Source: Occultella glacieicola (GTDB lineage: Bacteria > Actinomycetota > Actinomycetes > Actinomycetales > Beutenbergiaceae). From it: a stretch of DNA of 64,000 bases. This document shows, piece after piece, positions 57,274-64,000 of the stretch. Position numbers and translations under genes: made by a program. The notes under the pieces are model-generated. The model was not told the origin of the DNA and searched no databases. It worked only from the letters and a program-made list of their open reading frames with translations. Each line of letters starts with the position of its first letter. Within the stretch, counting starts at the first letter, position 1. Location of the stretch: NCBI RefSeq assembly GCF_004353825.1, contig NZ_SMNA01000006.1, forward strand, positions 186,001-250,000, read 5' to 3'.

Positions 57274-58221
57274 ATGCGCGAACCACCGCCCGGCGTCGCC
57301 GACGACGCGATCGCCGCACTCCTCGAGCAGCACTGGTCGATTCGCGTCGCGTCGATCCACCACCTGCCCTGGGGCTTCGGTGCCTGGCACTGGCGGGTGG
57401 ACGACTCCGACGGCGCGCGGTGGTTCGTGACGGCGGATGAGACGCCCGACGCCGCCCGGCGCCTCGAACTCGAAGCGACGTACGCCGCGGCTCGCGAGTT
57501 GCACTCTCGCGGCCTGGAGTTCGTGGTGCCGTCCGTGCCGTCCAGGTCGGGCCGCATGGTCGCCGCGATCGAGGGCTATGCGGTGAGCCTCGCGGCCTGG
57601 GTGTTCGGCGAACAGCCGACCGGCGCCCTCACGGCCGACGCCGCCGAGGCGACCGCCGCGATGCTGCGCCGGCTGCATCGCGAACCACCGCCGCCGGGCA
57701 CGCGCGCCTGGATGCCCGCGCTACCGGGCCGCGCCGACCTCGAGCGGATGCCGGTGCTGCTCTCCCGGGACTGGACCGGAGGCCCGTTGAGCCGGGACGC
57801 CGAGGGCGTTGTGAACGAGCATCATGCGCGGATCCCGGCCTGGTTGTCGCGGTACGACGCGCGGGTGGAGCAGGCGCTCGCCGGCCGCGGCGACTGGGTC
57901 CTGACCCACGGTGAACCGGGACTGCACAACCAGATCGTGACGCCGTCCGGACGCAGGTGGGTCGACTGGGAGTCGATGCGAGTGGCTCCGCGCGAGCGGG
58001 ACCTGACCGACCTCGCCCGGACCGGCGGCAGTGCGCACGGGGTGCGCGTCGGTGCGGACCCCGGGCTGCTCGAGCTGTTCGACCTGCGCTGGCGCTTGGA
58101 CGAGATCGCCACCTTCTCGGCGTGGCTGCGCGGACCACACACCGGCACGGCTTCGGACCGGGTCGCGCTCGGCGGACTGATCGAGGAACTCACCCGCGAG
58201 GACTGGGTCACCGGGAACTGA
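57274..58221 (+). CDS. Aminoglycoside phosphotransferase (APH)-family kinase
   Basis: LPWGFGAWHW, LRRLH, LTHGEP..HN, VDWE, APRERD. Confidence 0.82.
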   Translation: MREPPPGVADDAIAALLEQHWSIRVASIHHLPWGFGAWHWRVDDSDGARWFVTADETPDAARRLELEATYAAARELHSRGLEFVVPSVPSRSGRMVAAIEGYAVSLAAWVFGEQPTGALTADAAEATAAMLRRLHREPPPPGTRAWMPALPGRADLERMPVLLSRDWTGGPLSRDAEGVVNEHHARIPAWLSRYDARVEQALAGRGDWVLTHGEPGLHNQIVTPSGRRWVDWESMRVAPRERDLTDLARTGGSAHGVRVGADPGLLELFDLRWRLDEIATFSAWLRGPHTGTASDRVALGGLIEELTREDWVTGN

Positions 58222-58270
58222 CGCCTGGCATGATCGACCTCATGGTCGAGCAGCCGACGGGTCCGCAACC

Positions 58271-58609
58271 GTGAACGCCGAGTCCGCCCTGCGGGAGGCG
58301 CGGATGGTCGGGCTGATCACGCTCGCCACGGGGGTGACGCTCACCGCCGCGCCCGGTCGCGTCGGTCCGCTCTTCGGCGTCGAGGACCGGTCGACGGCGC
58401 GGCTGCTCGGGCTGGCCGACCTCGCCCTGGTCCCGGGTCTGCTGGGCGGTACGCCGCGCTGGCCGTGGACGGCCGCGCGCGCCGTGGTCAACCTTCCCAT
58501 GGCCGCCGTGCTCGCCCGCGGCCCGCGTACCGCCGGACGGGTCGTGGCGCTCGCGCTCACCGTGCGCGACGCCCAGGTGGCGCGGACCCTCCACCGCGAG
58601 CGACGCTGA
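58271..58609 (+). CDS. Small hypothetical membrane protein
   Basis: Hydrophobic ORF filling the gap; ARLLGLADLALVPGL. Confidence 0.55.
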   Translation: MNAESALREARMVGLITLATGVTLTAAPGRVGPLFGVEDRSTARLLGLADLALVPGLLGGTPRWPWTAARAVVNLPMAAVLARGPRTAGRVVALALTVRDAQVARTLHRERR

Positions 58610-58634
58610 GACCTGCGCCCCGACCGGCGACGCG

Positions 58635-61508
58635 CTAGAGGAACTCGCGGTCCGTCGTCGTCTCCACCGCGTGCAGTCCGGTCGGCCGGTCCGCGCGGTC
58701 CACTGCCGCCCGGCGCCCGGTCGGTTCCTTCGGCGCGAACAGCGCGACCTCGCGCCGCAGCAGCCGGGGCGAGAGGTCCACGCGCAACGCCGTGTCCGCA
58801 TCGGCGGGTCGCAGGCTGACCGTGGGCCCCACCCGGTCGTTGGGCGTGATTCGCTCGGCAGCGGGGTAGGCGACCTGCGGGAGCCACAGCCGCGCGGTGT
58901 GGACGTAGTGCCGGTCGGCGGCCCGCGCCGTGGAGGTGAACATCTCCTGGGCGAAGGTCGTCTCACTGACGGTCGTGGGCAGGAAGAATGCCGGCTCCTC
59001 CTGCCAGACGTCGTCGGAGTACTTCCCCACCCGGCCCACCCGCCGGTGCGGCAGATCGAGTTCGCCGTCGTTACTGAGCTGGCGGAGCCGCCTCGTGCGC
59101 TCCTGACCGAGGTATCCGCGGGCCTGTCCCGACCCCCAGAACTCCACGAGTTGCCCCCGGGCACCGAGCTCGCTCCCGGAGACATCGGTGTCCACGTCGA
59201 GGTGGCCGCGTTCCTGACCGCCGGGCACCCTCGCCGCGAATGCCTCGTAGGCCTCGGCGAATGCCTGCTGCGCCCACCCCTCGGTGTACACGGCGCGGTA
59301 GGCGGCGACCAGGAGCCGGGTGCCGATGTCGACCTGCTCCTCCTCCTGGCGGGCGACCGCCATCGCCGCCGGGAACCGCTCGATCACGTCGTCGGTGAGG
59401 TCCTCGTAGACGGCCTCGGCGGGCTCCCACGGCCGGTGGATCACCTCCGCGATCACGGTGGCCCAACTGCGCCAGCCTGCCAACAGTAGCCGCAGCCGCG
59501 CGAGTTGTTTGCCCTCCCACAGGAAGGCGGCGGCGTCGCGGCGCTGTCGGGCCAGCACGTTCGCCACCTCCCACTCGTAGTGGCGGAACGCCTTGTAGAA
59601 CGCGTGGTTGAAGCCCACCAACGCCACGACCGCCAGGATCACCACGCCCCCGGTGAGCCAGGCGTACACCGACCAGTCCGGTTCGGGGTCGGCCTGTGTG
59701 GCCCACACCCACACCACCGCGATGACCACGGCGGCGATCGCGAGGGTCCACCGCCACTGGCGCAGCAGCCGCTCCTTGGCCCGGTCGAGCGCTGCGGTCG
59801 CGGGGGCGGTGACGTCGTCACGCCGGTCGAGGAACCGCTGCCGGCTCGCCTCCACCTCGTCCAGGCGCCGGGCGACGTCCTCGCCGACCCGCGACATCAC
59901 ACTGCGGCTGTGCTGGGCGTGCCAGCGGGCGAACTCCGCCTCCACGGCGCGGGCCTCGCGCACGGCGCGCTCCGCGTCGGCGATCGCGGCCGCCAGCCGG
60001 GCGTCCTCGCCGGCTGCGTCGGCGTCACCGCCCGACGGCGCCGGCTCGCCCGCGGCGGGTGGCGGCGCCTGGGCGTCGGCTCGTTCGGCGACGGCCAGGG
60101 CACGGGCCTCCTGGAGCCGGATCACCTCGCCCTCACGGACCTCGCGGTCCCGGGCCAGGTCGAGCCGGTGGGAGCGCAGGTCCTGAACGGCGAGGGCGTC
60201 GAGCCGGCGGCCGTCGCGGGTGCGGAAGACCGTGCCGGGTGCGGGCACCACATCGCCGGGCCGCAGAACCTCCCGGACGCCCGTCTGGGTCGGGGACTCC
60301 ATCCCCGGGATCGGGCCACCGTCCGCCAGGGCGAAGGCGAGGTCGCGCAGCCTGATCCAGGTGTTCGCGGGCGGCGGGGCGCCGCGGGTGGCCTCATAGG
60401 CGATCTCGTCGTCCATGGTGCGGCGCGCGGCGTCGATCGCATCGCGCGCCACCGCCTCGGCGTCGTCGACGGCCCGCGGACCGACGGTGACCAGCACCCC
60501 GGAGCCGTGCCCGACCAGGTGCTCGGTCGCGGAGCGTTCGAGACTGGTCCGGCCGCTGTTCGCCGTCCACGCCGCGACCGCGCCCACGGTGCGCAGGTTG
60601 AACCGGGCGGCCCGGCCCAGCGCCCGGCGCAGCCCCTCCCGGGTGCGCTCGGGGGCGTCGCCCGCGGGCGGGGTCTGCGCGACCCACTCCGGTGCCTCAA
60701 GGACGGTCTGCGCCGCCCGCCGGGCGATCAGGTCGGGCTCGCTCGCGGGCGCCGCCCAGGCGACCACGCGGCCCGGGCCCTGGGGTCCGAGGCCGGCCGG
60801 GTCGAGGGCCTTGCGGGCGAGCACGTCGACCACGCCCTCCCCCACGACCGAACGGATCGAGACCCTGGCGACCACCACGTCCTCGGGGTTGGCGGAGGAG
60901 TCCGTGGTGACCTTGTCGAACGCGCCGCCCGGCACCCCGCGCAGGATGCCTGCTGCGACCGACACCGCCGCCGCGGCGTGACCGGCGTAGTTCTCCGCCG
61001 CGCGCACGTAGATGGACATCCGGTCCAGGTCCGGACGGTCCTCGGGCGAGATGACCACGTTCGCCTCCCAGCCCGGTGCTAGGATCTCGCCGGGCAGCCC
61101 GTGCACGCCCGACGCCGGGATCACCAGGATCGAGCGGTGCAGCCGGGTCATGACCCGCCCCGACGGGTCCCTCGGCAGAGCTCGCTCGATCGTCACGCCG
61201 ATCTCCTGGCCGAGGTCGGTGAGCTCGGTCGAGACCGCGTCTGCGGTGACCGCGAACTGGACGGCGACCACCCGCACGAGGTCCAACCGGTACCGGCCGA
61301 GGTGGGCGAACAGGTCCACCCGGTGCTCGCCGTCGCGGTCGACGAGGACGGCGCTCACGTGCACCGGCGCCGGCGGTGCCTCGATCACGTCAACGGGGTC
61401 CACCCACAGCGACGCCCCCGTGATCCCCTGCTTGGCCCACACGGCGACCAGCGAGCGGACATCGCGGGCGGCGGGCCCGCCCGCGATGATGACGGAGGCG
61501 GTGTCCAT
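58635..61508 (-). CDS. Large hypothetical membrane protein (alpha/beta N-domain, coiled coils, 2 TM), partner of the upstream gene
   Basis: 957 aa; TGATG coupling at 61506-61510; TM pair WTLAIAAVVIAVVWVW and WLTGGVVILAVVALVGF. Confidence 0.85.
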   Translation of the reverse strand: MDTASVIIAGGPAARDVRSLVAVWAKQGITGASLWVDPVDVIEAPPAPVHVSAVLVDRDGEHRVDLFAHLGRYRLDLVRVVAVQFAVTADAVSTELTDLGQEIGVTIERALPRDPSGRVMTRLHRSILVIPASGVHGLPGEILAPGWEANVVISPEDRPDLDRMSIYVRAAENYAGHAAAAVSVAAGILRGVPGGAFDKVTTDSSANPEDVVVARVSIRSVVGEGVVDVLARKALDPAGLGPQGPGRVVAWAAPASEPDLIARRAAQTVLEAPEWVAQTPPAGDAPERTREGLRRALGRAARFNLRTVGAVAAWTANSGRTSLERSATEHLVGHGSGVLVTVGPRAVDDAEAVARDAIDAARRTMDDEIAYEATRGAPPPANTWIRLRDLAFALADGGPIPGMESPTQTGVREVLRPGDVVPAPGTVFRTRDGRRLDALAVQDLRSHRLDLARDREVREGEVIRLQEARALAVAERADAQAPPPAAGEPAPSGGDADAAGEDARLAAAIADAERAVREARAVEAEFARWHAQHSRSVMSRVGEDVARRLDEVEASRQRFLDRRDDVTAPATAALDRAKERLLRQWRWTLAIAAVVIAVVWVWATQADPEPDWSVYAWLTGGVVILAVVALVGFNHAFYKAFRHYEWEVANVLARQRRDAAAFLWEGKQLARLRLLLAGWRSWATVIAEVIHRPWEPAEAVYEDLTDDVIERFPAAMAVARQEEEQVDIGTRLLVAAYRAVYTEGWAQQAFAEAYEAFAARVPGGQERGHLDVDTDVSGSELGARGQLVEFWGSGQARGYLGQERTRRLRQLSNDGELDLPHRRVGRVGKYSDDVWQEEPAFFLPTTVSETTFAQEMFTSTARAADRHYVHTARLWLPQVAYPAAERITPNDRVGPTVSLRPADADTALRVDLSPRLLRREVALFAPKEPTGRRAAVDRADRPTGLHAVETTTDREFL

Positions 61509-64000
61509 CAGAGGAACTCGCGTTCGTCGTCCACGAACGAATCGATCGCCCGATAGAGGTCGCGCAGCACGGACCGGATCAGGTGGCGCAGGTCGAAGGA
61601 TCCGGGATAGCCCAGGAGGTCGTTCGCCCGCTCGAGGTCGTCGAAGTGGCGCCCGAACCCCTTCGCGATCCGCTCCACATCCGCCTTCGCCGCGGAACGT
61701 CGCTCCTCCGCCGTGGTCGGGTCGGCGTCCTCGGTCTCGTCGTCCTGGGCGCGGCGGCCCTCCTGGATCCAGGCCCGCAGGTCCGCCGGCAGGGAGTTCG
61801 TCGCCCCCTCGCCGAGGTCCAGCAGCCGGAAGTACGGGCGCATCGGCGTGAGCGACTCCTCGTCGTTCACCCGCAGCAGGGTCAACGAGAGCGACTCGAG
61901 TACCTGCGGCAGGGCTTCGGCGCCGCGGCCGTCACCGACCAGCAGAGGTTCCTCGAAGGTCAGCCAGTCCGCGGCCCCGGACGCACCGGCCGGCACGAAC
62001 AGCCGCACCGGCGACGGCTGGACCTGCTTGAGCAGGGCCGCCACGAAGTAGCCACGGACCATCGCCGCGAGTGTGGTCGGGTGCATCGGCACCGCCTCGC
62101 CGAGCGGTCGGGACCGACGCCAGCGCCAGAACTCCTCACGGTCGGTCGTGGTCGCCTTCTTGCTCCCCCAGTCACTCGCGATCGGACGCATCAGGCTGTC
62201 GAACACGACCGGTTCGTACGGCTCGGCGAGCACCGTGAACACGTCGATGAACGCGGCCTCGGTGTCCGAGAGCGCCTGCTCGACGGCGGGACCGTACTGC
62301 TTGCGTGCCTCGAGGACGCCGATCAGGCGCTGCCGGGCGGCGGACTTCTCCGGCAGCGGGATCTCGCTGAACTGCCGCGAGTACTGGATCTCGCGGTTGT
62401 GCACCCGGGTGAGCACGGCCGTGTTCACCCGGACCAGCGGTGAGCCCGCGTTCAGTGCTGCGACGAACTGACCCTCGAACCTGGTCAGCCGGTCGGCGTG
62501 CTCCCGCGGGGAGACCCCGTCCTCGGACAGGTAGGACCGCAGACCCTCCTGCATATAGCCCCCGATGGGGGTGCCCGGCTCCCGGATCCAGGCCGTCGCC
62601 CGGCCCAGCACGTCCTCGGCCGAGACCGCCATCGAGACCGCGGCCCGGGCCGGCGCCGCGGACGAGGTCCGCTGGAACTGGGCGTCCGACGGCACCCATC
62701 GCTGGGTCAGCCGCAGCACGCTCTGCCGGGTGCCCTCCTTCGCACCGGTGAGGATCTGACGCTCCGCCACGCCGCGTGCCTCGTTCTCGAGGTCCAGCCC
62801 GACGGTCCGGGTGATCAACGCGCGCAGGGTGGCCGGGAACGTCTCGACGTCCTCGAGGAGGAACTCGTTCGGACCCGGCTTCAGCCGCGCCGGGATCACG
62901 TCCGCGTCCGGCCAGGTGGACACCACCGAGCCGCGGCCGTCGAGCCCGCTGGCCACGGCGGTGCCCAGGGCCTCGACGCCGTGGTCGACCGCGTCGGTGA
63001 GCGGCTGCAGCAGACCCTTGGCGAGGTCGGCCACCAGACCGTGCGCCATCTCGCGGACCTCCGCCTCCTGCTCCCACTCCAGGGTCTGCACGGCCCGGTC
63101 GACCGCGGACTCGACCTCCTGCTCGGTCACGTTGCGGTTCGAGCCGAGGACGCGGCTGATCTCCGAGTCGAGGTCGGCGGCCCAGCGGCGCCGGTGGTCG
63201 GCCTCGCTGCGTAGCTCCCGGCCGACCTCCTCGAGTTCGGCGACGAGTCGCTTGAGCATCGCGGCGGCCACCGGACCGCCGTGCTTGGCCACGGCGTCCG
63301 CGGTCACGTCAACCACCTGGACCTGGATCGCGTCGACCCATTCGCGGGAGCGCTGGGTGCGCAGGCTGCGCATCCGGGCGGCGAACTGGCCGCGCCGGTC
63401 CACGACCGCCTGCCGGATCCGGATCCGCACGTCGTCGGTCGCGAACCCCTTGCCACCGGCCCCGACCCGGACCACCTCCATGACCTCGGCGGTGAGTTGG
63501 TTGCCGGCCGCCTTGACGTCGTCGCCGCGCTGCAGCGCCTCGATGATGTCGTTGCGTTCCTCCCCACGCTCGTCCAGGCCGGACGCGGCGAGGAACGCGC
63601 CGAACGCGTTCGTGGCCTGCTCCTGGATCAGGTGCCGCGGCGGGCGCTCGTCCTCGCGGCTGCGGAGCAGCTCGTGCCGCTCGAGCACGAGGTGGACGAC
63701 GGACCGGGCCAGGTGCTCGGAGGCATAGTCGCGGAACCGGTCGCGGCCCAGGCCGACCCGCGCCGAGCCGAGCGCGGTGAACGGGGTCTCGGTGCCACCG
63801 GGGTGCAGGCGCAGGTGATCGGTGACGGCCTGGGCGGTGGACGCCCACTGGGCCTGGGTGTACGCGGAGAGCCGGTCCTGCAGGCTGGAACTGGCCACCC
63901 AGGAGGCGATGGACCGCCCCATCGCCCGGTAGACGTCGTTCTGGGTCCGGTAGGTGACGTGCTCGTTCCGGGCACCGACCAGGAAGGGGAACCGGGGTCC
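61508..64000 (-). CDS. Large helical protein, probable C-terminal part of a tubulin-like (Tubulin_2/FtsZl1) domain protein; 5' end outside window
   Basis: Frame open to the edge (GPRFPFLVGARNEHVTYRTQNDVYRAMGRS...); FTALGSARVGLGRDRFRDYA and FWRWRRSRPL recalled from actinobacterial tubulin-like proteins; GTPase motif not visible. Confidence 0.6.
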   Translation of the reverse strand, partial: GPRFPFLVGARNEHVTYRTQNDVYRAMGRSIASWVASSSLQDRLSAYTQAQWASTAQAVTDHLRLHPGGTETPFTALGSARVGLGRDRFRDYASEHLARSVVHLVLERHELLRSREDERPPRHLIQEQATNAFGAFLAASGLDERGEERNDIIEALQRGDDVKAAGNQLTAEVMEVVRVGAGGKGFATDDVRIRIRQAVVDRRGQFAARMRSLRTQRSREWVDAIQVQVVDVTADAVAKHGGPVAAAMLKRLVAELEEVGRELRSEADHRRRWAADLDSEISRVLGSNRNVTEQEVESAVDRAVQTLEWEQEAEVREMAHGLVADLAKGLLQPLTDAVDHGVEALGTAVASGLDGRGSVVSTWPDADVIPARLKPGPNEFLLEDVETFPATLRALITRTVGLDLENEARGVAERQILTGAKEGTRQSVLRLTQRWVPSDAQFQRTSSAAPARAAVSMAVSAEDVLGRATAWIREPGTPIGGYMQEGLRSYLSEDGVSPREHADRLTRFEGQFVAALNAGSPLVRVNTAVLTRVHNREIQYSRQFSEIPLPEKSAARQRLIGVLEARKQYGPAVEQALSDTEAAFIDVFTVLAEPYEPVVFDSLMRPIASDWGSKKATTTDREEFWRWRRSRPLGEAVPMHPTTLAAMVRGYFVAALLKQVQPSPVRLFVPAGASGAADWLTFEEPLLVGDGRGAEALPQVLESLSLTLLRVNDEESLTPMRPYFRLLDLGEGATNSLPADLRAWIQEGRRAQDDETEDADPTTAEERRSAAKADVERIAKGFGRHFDDLERANDLLGYPGSFDLRHLIRSVLRDLYRAIDSFVDDEREFL

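Noticed and set aside
1..64000. Many long overlapping ORFs, e.g. 13466-15856, 39978-42086, 47783-50329, 48151-50388
   Set aside because: Arg/Pro/Gly-rich shadow frames expected at very high GC; each overlaps a gene with clear family motifs

Overview
High-GC actinobacterial chromosome segment, probably Micrococcales (inferred from composition and gene content), densely coding. I saw no rRNA, tRNA, CRISPR array or intact mobile element. Main blocks: (1) a ~20 kb accessory cluster (2.3-22.6 kb) ending in a MalT-like STAND/LuxR regulator. It holds a Dyp peroxidase/DUF4331/crotonase/sulfite-oxidase operon, a peptidase/APC/MFS operon, an atypical P-type ATPase and five SHOCT/DUF1269/DUF6325-type small proteins, and a CACCC-N6-GGGTG palindrome recurs in its intergenic regions. 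(2) ArsR-SRPBCC, deaminase, nitroreductase, and a frameshifted DUF222/HNH pseudogene that keeps a LexA box and a RecA-NDp (PafBC-type) promoter. (3) An iron-siderophore ABC operon with two DtxR/IdeR boxes. (4) A LacI regulon (FAD oxidoreductase, sugar ABC transporter, secreted DUF4127-CBM protein, and a chimeric DUF4127-headed secreted protein) defined by a shared operator and interrupted by a sortase plus two exported ferritin-like genes behind a SigK-like promoter. (5) Rhodanese, HEPN remnant, GNATs, MFS, MalY/PatB, cls and an APH-family kinase. (6) The 3' end of an operon of two very large proteins, probably an FtsZ/tubulin-like system, which both end in (D/E)REFL. All family calls come from motif recognition by eye; no database searches were run.
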